NCBI GenBank assembly: GCA_038087875.1
Contig: JAXLNO010006061.1
Span: 1 to 64,000 of the forward strand
Length of the DNA stretch: 64,000 bases
Reading direction: 5' to 3'
Origin: Malacoraja senta
Taxonomy: Eukaryota
The translations under genes and the position numbers were made by a program. This document shows positions 38,038-48,908 of the stretch, piece by piece. Positions within the stretch are counted from its first letter, which is position 1; every line of letters begins with the position of its first letter. The notes under the pieces are model-generated. The model did not search any database. It was not told the DNA's origin and saw only the letters and a list, made by a program, of their open reading frames with translations.

Positions 38038-38579
38038 TGTGAGGAAGGGGTTAATAGGTATAAGTTGATTTAGACAAGAACCCTTTGTATAGTAGGGAGT
38101 ATAGTAGGGAGGATAGGGGGAGTGAAGAACGAGTACAGATGGTGACTTTTTCAAGGATGAGAACAGAGAAGATAAGGAGACCGTCCAGGATAGAACTAGG
38201 GTAAGGGTCATAAGAAACACTCTGTGCGCATGGTCAATGAACTTACATGAATATGTACACACACCCACTATGACAAGATGTCTCATTTAAATGCACATGC
38301 GATGCATGATATGGGAGGTGTCTTTGACGTCGGGTGGACGTTCCAGGACGTTCTCGTGGGAATGTGGGCTTTATGTTATGATTGGAAGAAGCACAATGGG
38401 GAGGGATGAGGGTGTGACAATGATACCCATGAAATGTATAAAGGTAGAAGACATCCCGATCCTCGGTGTGCCTCTAGGGGACATCAGAGGAGAGGCACCT
38501 ATTCTGCAGAATATTATTTGAATAAAAAGCTTCTTTGCCGACTTTGTCTCTAAAAGCGTTTGTGATTTTGAATCTCACA
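38038..38579 (+). repeat. 5' LTR
   Basis: TATAAA 38437-38442, AATAAA 38521-38526. By eye about 6 substitutions and 2 indels vs the 3' LTR. Confidence 0.93.
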
Positions 38580-38584
38580 ATTTT

Positions 38585-38602
38585 TGGGGGCTCGTCTCGG
38601 GA
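38585..38602 (+). promoter_or_regulatory. Primer-binding site, tRNA-Pro-like
   Basis: tgggggctcgtctcggga vs canonical TGGGGGCTCGTCCGGGAT (1-nt insertion), 5 nt after the LTR. Confidence 0.75.
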
Positions 38603-40429
38603 CCCCCACTCCGGCTAACGACGGTATACGGAAGAAGGGACGGTGCACCCCCTTGATTTCAGCGGTCCCAGACCCCTAGATTGTCGTCAGCGGTTTGGGC
38701 GAGTGGTATCCCTGAACAGAGACTCAGCAAAGAAGTGGGAGTAGTTGGAAATCGTGAAGGAGCCAAATCGAGTGATTCTTGTGCACAAGACCCGGGTAAG
38801 AAAACTGACTATTAAGTACTACTCGGGCGATTAAATAGATCGGGGGCAAATAGATCGGTGGGAAATTCCGATCGGGAGGAAGATCGGGGGGAAATTCCGA
38901 TCGGGAGGATGGGCAATGAAAACGGAGAGCCCAAAAGGGAGGGGAAGGGCAGTAAGCCCGACCCCGCATTCTGCCTGATAGTCCGTTGGGGCGAATGCTG
39001 AGCCTCTGGGGGCAGAGAAACCCCCAGGGATTGAAGAAGACAAAAATGATTTGATTCTGTTATATTGAGTTTTAATACATGTAAAAGATGTTGCATTTAT
39101 TTGAAGTAAGAATGGAACGAATGTGATTTGTGTGTAAAAACCGGTTGGGAATGAAAGAGGAAGTTTATATATGTGATAATTATTTTGTTTATTGTATTTG
39201 TAGACCACATTGTAAGAGTAAGTAAGTAAGTTTTATTAAAATCAAAAATGTTCACTGTAGGTAGGTGCATGTTCCTTTAAATAAATCAGGTCATGGTGAA
39301 AGGCGACGAACAGCTGTAAGATAACGATTAATTGTTTGTTGGCCTTAACCTAGAAGGGGAAGTTGTGAAACCAGCATTTGGTTTTTCTGATGTTCTTTTA
39401 GATTTCTAGTAAGTAAAGATAATTTGGAAAATTGTTACTAGTGCTAGGAATTGGACATTTAAAATAGTGGTGAATATGGATTGAAATAATTGGAAATAAG
39501 TTAATTGGTAAACATTCACGTTTAGAAAGAAAGGAGAGAGAGGCAGTTAGAAGATAACAGAAGTAGAAAAACAACAGGCGTGAAAGTAATAAAGCAGGAG
39601 GAGTCAGTGGAAGATTTTTGCAAGGAGGCTAGAATATTTGAGAAGCAAGAAATTGAGTTTAGAATTAGAAAGAAGGCATACCAGAAAGGATTAAAGTTGG
39701 AAGCATTGGGATAAAGTGATGAGACTGCTTTAAAGAGAAAAGAGAAGGACAGACACGGATTATCCCTTGGGGCACCCATAAACTGAAAGGGCTAAAAAAT
39801 ACCTCACCCTATATCCCTGATGGGGGAGGAAATGGATTAGGGCTTTGGAGGAGGAGAACGTGGGACGATTATTGATCATGGAAGATTTGAAGGCACTGTT
39901 GGTAAAAGTGATACGAACCACTAAAGTGACAGAACTACTGAAGATGGATGGTATAAACTGATGCGAACAATGTCACAAGCAATGGCATACTGTTTAACAC
40001 AGTCAGGCAGAGGGTATGGCAGACCCTCAGACAATGTTACCCACTTAAGAGGAACGCCAAGGAACAAAGGGGAGATACACAAGAAGGAAAGGCAAATAGC
40101 CTATCTGGAAAACCAGCTGAAAAGGTGGAGAGTTGATTGATGAACATTATATTATGAACTACTGTGGTGGATGTCATTCTTCTTAAAGTCAAGCAGATTC
40201 AGCGAACAGTTGGTCTCTGCGGTCGAGAAATATCGCAAAGATAGGAAAAAGACTTGCAAACCAGCAGGAGGAGGAGTTGTCAATAAACAATGGACCTAAG
40301 TGGGTCCTATGACGGAACCAAGCAGGGCCAGAGAATTACATGCCAATAATGAATGTCTTTGGGGTACGTTTCCTCAAAAGGTCCTATCAGGAGTGAAATT
40401 AATCTGGATATAAGCCCTAACAGGACTGG

Positions 40430-42423
40430 GGTCCCCAAGAGAGAAAGGGATTTAAAGACAGGATATAGTTCAGACTAGATTTGGTATAAGCCCTGTAGTG
40501 TCGTTTATGATGAATAAGGTAATTAAGAGGTTTGGTAGACCTACAGAAATCAGCTTTGACAACGGATTGTTTTCATTTAGGGAGTAGCTAAGTTGGCGAT
40601 AGAGACCCTTAGAGTAAAATACACATTTGGGTATGTAAGAATAAATGGAACATTGAAGGTTAATATAAATAAGATTTGTTTAATTACAAAGTTGAATTGG
40701 ATCGATGCCCTGCCATTGGCACTGAAGAGATGTTGCATGCAAACTAACCGAGCAGGTGGCACAATGGAGAGGTCCCTACAAGAGACCGAGTTTGGAACAG
40801 TTAAAGATAGAATTTAAAAAGTATATGAAACAGTTAATTATGATATACAAGTCTATTTATGAACAGGAAAAGTAAAAGCTGTTGGAGGTGGACCAGGAGG
40901 AAGGACCCTTTAAACCTGAAGACAAGGTGTATGTATGAGTTTTCTAAACTACCGACCGATGTTGATATACCTGGTACCATTTCAATAATACCGGAGGGCT
41001 GTCCCGCAGGTACGAATAGATAATAGCCCTGAGGTAAGTGAACAGGAGGACAAAGATGTGAGAAAAGAGTAGAGTTTGAACAAGAATGTTGTTTGACATC
41101 AGTGGTGGGCAAAATAATGGAAAGGATACTTAAGACAATATATAAGAATTTGGATAAATAGGGTAGGATTAGGAAGAATTAGCATGGATTTGTGATTGTG
41201 ATGTTTGACTAATCTTGAATTTTTTGAAAAGGTTATTAGGGAAATTGATGAGGGTAAAGTGATGGATGTTGTCTAGATGAACTTCAGTAAGGCCTTTGAC
41301 AAGGTTCAATAAGGAAATAAGGTTGGTTAAGAAGGGTTAGTAAGGAATAGCAAGATGGATTAAAAAGTGGCTGTATGGGAGATGTCAGAGAGCAATGGTG
41401 GATGGATGTTTGTCAGGTTGGAGGTCAGTGACTAGAAGGGTACCTCGGGGATGTTTGTTGGGTCCACTGTTGTTTGTCATGTGAATCAATAATCTGGATG
41501 TTGGTGTGGTAAAATAGATTAATAAGTATGTAGATGATACTAAGATAGGTGGTGTTGTGAATAATGAAGTAGATTTTAAAAGTGTACAGAGAGATTTAGA
41601 TCATTTGGAAGAATGGGTTGAAACATGACAGATAGGTTTAATGTTTGTAAGTGTGAGATGATACATCTTGGCAGGACAAATCAAAATTGAATGTACATGG
41701 TAAATGAAGTTGAATAGAGGGATCTAGGAATAACTGTACATAGTTCCCTGAAGGTGGAATTTCATGAAGATAGGATGGTAAAGAAAGATTTTGGTGTGTT
41801 GGCCTTTATAAATCAGAGCATTGTGTATAGAAGTTGGGTTGTAATGTTAAATTGTACAAGGTATTGGTGAGGTCAATTGTGGAGTATGGTGTATAATTTT
41901 GGTAGGCATAATTATAGTAAGGATGTCAACAAAATAGAGAGAGTACAGAGGAGATCAATTAGAATGTTGACTGGGTTTCAGCAACTAAGACACAGAGAAA
42001 GGTTGAACAAGTTAGGTCTTTATTATTTAGGAAAGATAGAAGGGGTCCCAACAAATACAAGGGGATGATGTATTCCTAAGGAACTATTTACTGGCAGTAT
42101 CTCGTTCTATTACAGAATTAAGAACCATGGGGCTGCTGGCACAGAGTCCCCATCTCGACTTTCCAATCCATTCTGTGAAAGCGGGGGACTGGGATCTTGT
42201 AACATCATGGAAGGAAGAAAAGCTGCAACCTAAGTGGACTGGACCCTACCTGGTGTTACTAATCACCGAGACAGCAGTACGAACAAAAGAAAAAGGGTGG
42301 ACACATGCAAGCCGATTTAAGGGACCTGTGGAGGCCCCACCAAACAATATCAGCCCGTGGACTGTGCGCAAAGGAGAGGAACCATTGACTTTAATATTTA
42401 ACAAGAACCCGCGGGAAAAATGA
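40430..42423 (+). pseudogene. pol: ERV pol integrase remnants, interrupted by a CR1 fragment
   Basis: FGRPTEISFDNG, RINGTLK..KIC...NWIDALPLAL, and the C-terminal LQPKWTGPYLVLLITETAVRTKEKGWTHASR (GPY/F). Confidence 0.8.
41090..42035 (+). mobile_element. Heavily mutated CR1-A RT fragment inside the ERV
   Basis: Colinear with 17090-18060 but with many C>A, C>T and G>A changes and no ORF. Confidence 0.85.
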
Positions 42424-42469
42424 AGATTTCGTGTTGGTGGGTCGTGTGTTGGGTGGTTACCCAACTATG

Positions 42470-43390
42470 TAAGCATACAGAGTGTTCAAATGCAGGAAAA
42501 TGGTAGGTATTGGATATGTGCAGATAGAACAGGGAGAATGAGCCTAAGGATTTGAAGATAATGATAGTAGCAGGAGAAACAGAATTAAGGCAATTATATG
42601 AGGAGGGAATACCTACAGGAGGGAAGGGAGCCAACACCTGGCTTGCCTGGATGATGTACACGGCCAGGAGTATGCAACACGCCTGTGCCGGAGCTAAGCC
42701 TCAGCTGGTTCCAGAAACATTTCCCTTGAATTGGGATAGGACACCTGGGGCTATGTCATGTATACTACAGCTATTCACGAATCCCATCCTACCAAAGGAT
42801 GCGACCTGCCAGAGTTATCATTACCTATTCCCGGCTAGCAACAACAATACAAAGGGCCGAAGGACAGACACTTCAACACACACATATATATAGATGCGAT
42901 AGGGGTGCCAAGAGGGGTACCCGATGAATTCAAAGCCAGAAACCAGATAGCTGCGGGCTTTGAGTCCATACTCTTCTGGTGGTCCACACTTAATAAAAAT
43001 GTGGACTGGATCAACTACCTATACTACAATCAACAACGCTTTATAAATTACACTCGAGATGCGGTTGAAGGATTAGTGGAACAACTGACAGATACCAGCC
43101 TAATGGCCTGGCAAAATCGCATGGCCTTAGACATGCTACTGGCTGAGAAGGGAGGGGTGTGTGTAATGTTTGGGGAACAATGTTGCACCTTCATCCCCAA
43201 CAACACTGCTCCTGATGGGTCAGTATCGAGAGCCCTAGCAGGTCTCACCTCCCTGTCTATCAAATTGCCCGAGAACTCCGGAGTAGACACCTCCTGGACC
43301 GCTAGACTCCTGGTTTGGGAAATGGAAGCACATCTTTACATCAGCCCTAACATCAGTGGTAGTTATGATGGGGTTGCTGTGCCTATTTAA
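42470..43390 (+). pseudogene. env: ERV env remnant (SU N-terminus fused to TM ectodomain, large deletion)
   Basis: YIDAIGVPRGVPDEFKARNQIAAGFES, immunosuppressive domain QNRMALDMLLAEKGGVC, CX6CC (CVMFGEQCC). Confidence 0.9.
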
Positions 43391-43437
43391 AACAAAGTAT
43401 TACCAGCGAGAGGAAGATAAGGAGTAAAAGTGTGGAT

Positions 43438-43965
43438 TGTGAGGAAGGGGTTAATAGGTATGTTGATTTAGACAAGAACCCTTTGTATAGTAGGGAGGAT
43501 AGGGGGAGTGAAGAACGAGCACAGATGGTGACATTTTCAAGGATGAGAACAGAGAAGATAAGGAGACCGTCCAGGATAGAACTAGGGTAAGGGTCATAAG
43601 AAACACTCTGTGCGCATGGGCAATGAACTTACATGAATATGTACACACACCCACTATGACAAGATGTCTCATTTAAATGCACATGCGATGCATGATATGG
43701 GAGGTGTCTTTGACGTCGGGTGGACGTTCCAGGACATTCTCGTGGGAATGTGGGCTTTATGTTATGATTGGAAGAAGCACAATGGGGAGGGATGAGGGTG
43801 TGACAATGATACCCATGAAATGTATAAAGATAGAAGACATCCCGATCCTCGGTGTGCCTCTAGGGGACATCAGAGGAGAGGCACCTATTCTGCAGAATAT
43901 GATTTGAATAAAAAGCTTCTTTGCCGACTTTGTCTCTAAAAGCGTTTGTGATTTTGAATCTCACA
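43438..43965 (+). repeat. 3' LTR
   Basis: Direct repeat of 38038-38579, preceded by a purine-rich tract. Confidence 0.93.
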
Positions 43966-44175
43966 AGTATTGTTCAATCATCGGTCTTATTCTCAATGTC
44001 CAGGGCGAAATCAAGTGCTTCCTTGTGGTCAGTGAAGAAATATTCCTTCCTCTTGTAGGTAACTCCGTGTTGCGGGATACATCAGTCCATAATCTCAGAT
44101 CTTGTATATTCTTAAGTATTCTTCTTGTCTCTTGGTTCCTGGTTCCTTGGTTCTTGTCTCTTGGTTCCTTGTCTC

Positions 44176-44793
44176 TCACTTCCTGGTGACCTCCACAGGA
44201 TAATCTCTAAATATACTGATCTTGTCTCCTTCAAATAGGAGATCTCTGTTGCGAACGATTTTCTTCATCATATTATCCAAAACATGGCCATATGTCACCT
44301 TCACTATCAGTTGTCTTGGGGGGGCGTCCGCCCTTGGGCGGCGTCCCAGTGCTCTGTGTGCCCGACTTAGTAAGGGTTTTTGATCAAGATTTAAGACTTT
44401 TTGTAATAAGTCTGCAGAAAATTCACGGAGGTCATGGCTCCCCTCTCTGCCTTCCTGGACGCCCACAATTCTTAAATGTTGTCGTCTCTGACGTCCCTCC
44501 AAGTCAATACATTTTTCAGTTATTTTACTCAATGAGTCTGATAAACGCTTGTTCTCGGAGAGAAGCTTTTTTGTAGTTTCGGCACCTGTCTCAGCAATAT
44601 CCTCTAATTGAGTTATAGCTGTATTTTGTTGATTTAATGTCTGGATGATGGTATCCAACTTAGAATTAAAGCTGGATTCCATCGAATTTATTTTAACATT
44701 TACCTCTTCGATCTGTAGAGTAAGATTTTCTTCCATTGTTATCTTCCAGGCTTCCAACACTTCATGAACAGAGTTTGTAATTTCTTCTTTCAT
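44176..44793 (-). pseudogene. Host L1-A ORF1 (Transposase_22-type)
   Basis: DLEGRQRRQHLRIVGVQEG, LSRAHRAL, ISIFRDY. The C-terminus (TLPDGHRY) lies beyond the ERV at ~37940-38030. Confidence 0.88.
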
Positions 44794-47515
44794 TTATTCT
44801 TTAAAGGATTGCAGTTCTTCTTTAAAGTTCAGTTTTTCTTTAAAACTTTTCAATTGTTCCTTTATACTTGCAATTTCTTGTGAGAGAAAACTTCGAAGTT
44901 CCTCTATTTCTGTTTTTTTCGACTTTTGTCTTCTTTGAAACATCTTTCTGGGACGACGCTAAAACTGAGCCCGAGGCTTCAGTCGGGCCTAGTCCGACTG
45001 AGACTTCAGTCCTTGGGCTTCACGGTTGGGCTTTTCGTCTTGGGGGTGGGGTGGTATGTTAGACAGACATACCGCCGGAGTCGCTCGCCTGATGACGTCA
45101 CTCACTCGTTGCAAGCAGCCAGAGTGTTATCAGCGGGTCAGTCCCGTTCTTTTCTCCCCGTTTTCAAACAATTTTGCGTGGAGCTAGCTGGCGCGGACCT
45201 CTATTCCTCCATAGCGCCACCGGAAGTCTATACTCTAAAGGCAGCCTCACCAACATCTTATATAACTGCAACATGACCTCCCAACTATACTCAATACTCT
45301 GACTGATGCAGGCCACTTCCTGCTGTCAAACATTAAAACTTAGCAATATTACAGTTCTGTACAAGCATCCATGTGCTCTTCCACAATGCCCGAGCTCAGT
45401 ATGACTTGCAGCACGCCAGTAAAATTATGTCAGGAGCAACTTAATCCTCTAAAAGCTCAACATAACCAAAAACAAGCAGAGGCTTCAAACTGAAAAATAC
45501 AAGCTTCATCTTGTCATCTTAAAAAAATGATAAATCCAGTTAGTTAATGCAATATTCTATTATTCAAGAGAATAATAAAATGCAACTTTGTGAAAGAGCA
45601 GTTTTTGAAATAAGAATATAAGCCAATATTTAAAGCTTTTGTTCCCCACAGACAATATTATTGCAGGAAATATAAACAAACATGAAAGCTTACAGCTTAC
45701 ATTTAAACTATTAGACAAAATACAGATTTAGTCATGCTATTTTGTGCAATATTCAGCAAAGCACCTAATGCTGGATGTCTGTCATTGCTTATGATAATAA
45801 TGGGTATAATTTGAGTTGATTAAGGAATATTAAAGTATATTTGGTTTGAATGCATTCAAAAATAACTAGTATTAATTTGCAGAACAAATCCAATGATACC
45901 GGTAAAATAGATATAAAAAGCTATAAACACGCCTTCCACTATAACAAACTATGAAGGATGCTGACGATACAAAGACCTTCTGTTAGAGGGCATTTTGTAC
46001 TTTACCCATAGTCTATATCTGACTTTACTCAGATAGGCACAGACACAAATTGAAAAAACTCATAGATCAGTGGCGAGTCTATCTAACATGTCAGTTTAAT
46101 AAAGGCCTCAGCAAAATACATCGGGAAGCAGTGTGAGCAAACTCAAACTACTTCAAAATCCTACAATAACTGTAGGATTCTTATACCCTCATGACACAAT
46201 GGTTACTTGTGGAGTTGAAATAAACAATCATTAATCAACGTCTCCCCAAAGTTGACTTAAATCTTGCCTTTCTTGTTGTTTGGAATTCTCCCACCCACGT
46301 ATCTCACCTGTGGATGCCATAAATGGCCAGATTCCCCCACCAAATGGAATCCCCTTGTAAAAGTGGCAATTTGTTAACCTTTGCGAGACCTGGCTGCTAA
46401 ACATAATGACCAAGAGCAGCTGTAATGCAAGATTGCAACAGATAAGAACCCAGACACAACTGTGAAGGACTATCCTTCCCTCCGACTGATAAGAAACATA
46501 GAAACATAGACATAGAAACATAGACATAGAAAATAGGTGCAGGAGGAGGCCATTCGGCCCTTCGAGCCAGCACCACCATTCATTGTGATCATGGTTGATC
46601 GTCCCCCATCAATAACCCGTGCCTGCCTTCTCCCCATATCCCTTGACTCCACTAGCCCCTAGAGCTCTATCTAACTCTCTCTTAAATCCATCCAATGATT
46701 TGGCCTCCACTGCTCTCTGTGGCAGGGAATTCCATAAATCCACAACTCTCTGGGTGAAAACATTTTTTTCTCACCTCAGTCTTAAATGACCTCCGCTTTA
46801 TTCTAAGACTGTGGCCCCTGGTTCTGGACTCGCCCAACATTGGGAACATTTTTCCTGCATCTAGCTTGTCCAGTCCTTTTATAATTTTATGTTTCTATAA
46901 GATCCCCCTCATCCTTCTAAAGTCCAGTGAATACAAGCCTAGTCTTTTCAATCTTTCCTCATATGATAGTCCCGCCATCCCAGGGATCAATCTCGTGAAC
47001 CTACGCTGCACTGCCTCAATCACAAGGATGCCCTTCCTCAAATTAGGAGACCAAAACTGTACACAATACTCCAGATGTGGTCTCACCAGAGCCCTATATA
47101 ACTGCAGAAGAACCTTTTTACTCCTGTACTGAAATCCTCTTGTTATGAAGGCCAACATTCCATTAGCTTTCTTCACTGCCTGCTGTACCTGCACGCCAAC
47201 TTTCAGTGTACAAGGACACCCAGGTCTCGCTGTACCTCCCCCTTACCTAACCTAACCCCATTGAGATAATAATCTGCTCCCTTGTTTTTGCCGCCAAAGT
47301 GGATAACCTCACAATTATCTATATTATACTGCACAGGGCTCTCACTTAACTTTTTTCCCCTGTTGCCAGCCAGGCAACCTTGACAGCTTTTTAGGTTGCC
47401 AAATGACAGTTTAGGTGGTCATTGAAGACGGTTTGCATGACCCGTGCGATAATGTGCTCGGACGAAGTGCGTAGGTACTATTCGGAATTATGCTCAATGA
47501 AGCATTCACATGTTA

Positions 47516-47655
47516 TGTTCAAGAAGGAACTGCAGATGCTGGAAAATCGAAGGTAGACAAAAGTGCTGGAGAAACTCAGCGAGTGCAGCAGCATCTATGG
47601 AGCGAAGGAAATAAGCAACGTTTCAAGCCGAAACCCATCAGTCTGAAGAAGGGTG
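47516..47655 (-). mobile_element. Hammerhead-motif short repeat (long variant)
   Basis: aagaaggaactgcagatgctgg...gtagacaaaagtgctggagaaactcagc...aacgtttcaagccgaaaccc. Confidence 0.65.
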
Positions 47656-47894
47656 AAGCCCATCAGCATATGCTTAACCACACACACTACAAATTGATGC
47701 AACCATGTTTTCTGTGAAGGACCGAAAATTACCATGACATGTCCATAGCATGGGTCGTTATTGCTATTGGCACAGAAACACTCTGGCTTCCCACATAATT
47801 TATCCATAACAAAATATACAGGTTGCAAGGAAATTTCTAAAGGCATTTTATGATAATAGCTGTTAATACCGACTATTCCTGACTGTACCGACTA

Positions 47895-48380
47895 TACCAG
47901 ACTGATTCCTGGGATGTCAGGACTTTCATATGAAGAAAGACTGGATAGACTTGGCTTATACTCGCTAGAATTTAGGAGATTGAGAGGGGATCTTATAGAA
48001 ACTTACAACATTCTTATGGGGTTGGACAGGCTAGATGCAGGAAGATTGTTCCCGATGTTGGGGAAGTCCAGGACAAGGGGTCACAGCTTAAGGATAAGGG
48101 GGAAATCCTTTAAGACCGAGATGAGAAAAAACTTTTTCACACAGAGAGTGGTGAATCTCTGGAACTCTCTGCCACAGAGGGTAGTTGAGGCCAGCTCATT
48201 GGCTATATTTAAGAGGGAGTTAGATGAGGCCCTTGTGGCTAAAGGGATCAGGGGGTATGGAGAGAAGGCAGGTACGGGATACTGAGTTGGATGATCAGCC
48301 ATGATCATATTGAATGGAAGTGCAGGCTCGAAGGGCCGAATGGCCTACTCCTGCACCTATTTTCTATGTATCTATGTATA
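47895..48380 (+). mobile_element. CR1-B 3' fragment inside MITE copy 3
   Basis: ORF 47914..48285 (LYSLEFRRLRGDLIE...) plus 3' stem-loop and tatgtatc tail. Confidence 0.85.
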
Positions 48381-48811
48381 CCCATCTGACAGGTTAAACA
48401 TTACACTAACTGACAAGAGATGGCCAAAGGACATAACTGCAGCAAATGTTCTTTTGGTAATATGTTTAAAGGTGTCAAAACAAATAATAACATTGGGAAT
48501 TAAAACACATTTGATTACATTCAGTTATCAAACATAATCAATGTTCGCTCTGAAGACCATGAAGCACAATAGGGTCAGGGGGTGTGTGAATCAGTGCGGG
48601 GTGGATAGATGGCGGGGGGGGGGGTTGAGAAGGCAATCGGTGCGGAATGTATGGATTGCGGCAGGTGATTAGTACGTGTTGGTTGGAGTATGTAAAATTG
48701 TGAGAGGAGAGCACGGGGGATGTCAGTGGTGTTGAATGGGGGGGGATCAATATGGGATGGATGGGGGGAATCAGTATAGGATGAATGGGGATTCAGTACA
48801 GGACGAATGGG

Positions 48812-48908
48812 GGTAGACAAAAAGGCTGGAGAAATTCAGCGGGTGAGGCAGCATCTATGGAGCTAAGGAAATAAGCAACGTTTCGGGTCGAGACCCTTCT
48901 TCAGACTG
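48812..48908 (-). mobile_element. Hammerhead-motif short repeat with intact core
   Basis: Minus strand 48875-48908: cAGT-CTGAAGA-a-GGG tctcga CCC-GAAA-CGTT-GCT. Confidence 0.75.

Larger units (their letters stand above)
38038..43965 (+). mobile_element. Endogenous retrovirus provirus (class I, fish ERV1/epsilon-like), internally deleted
   Basis: Two LTRs TGTGAG...CTCACA, perfect 5-bp TSD agtat, PBS, purine tract before the 3' LTR, integrase and env remnants. Inserted in the host L1 ORF1 C-terminus. Confidence 0.93.
13608..45228 (-). mobile_element. Host L1 LINE (L1-A), both ends retained, split by many nested insertions
   Basis: 5' end GACTTCCGGTGGCGC at 45228, ORF1 44176..44793, ORF2 pieces at 30192-30922, 25500-25730, 22752-23678 and 18450-18689. 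3' AATAAA/poly(A) near 13608-13635. Putative 7-bp TSD atactct (13601-13607 and 45230-45236). The endonuclease region appears deleted. Confidence 0.75.

Noticed and set aside
38291-38521. Identical small ORFs in both LTRs (also 43677..43907)
   Set aside because: They simply reflect LTR identity; no known motif or start context.
46231-46527. Hydrophobic ORF as an Ig TM or leader exon
   Set aside because: It starts inside a CR1 tail, with no conserved TM or leader pattern.
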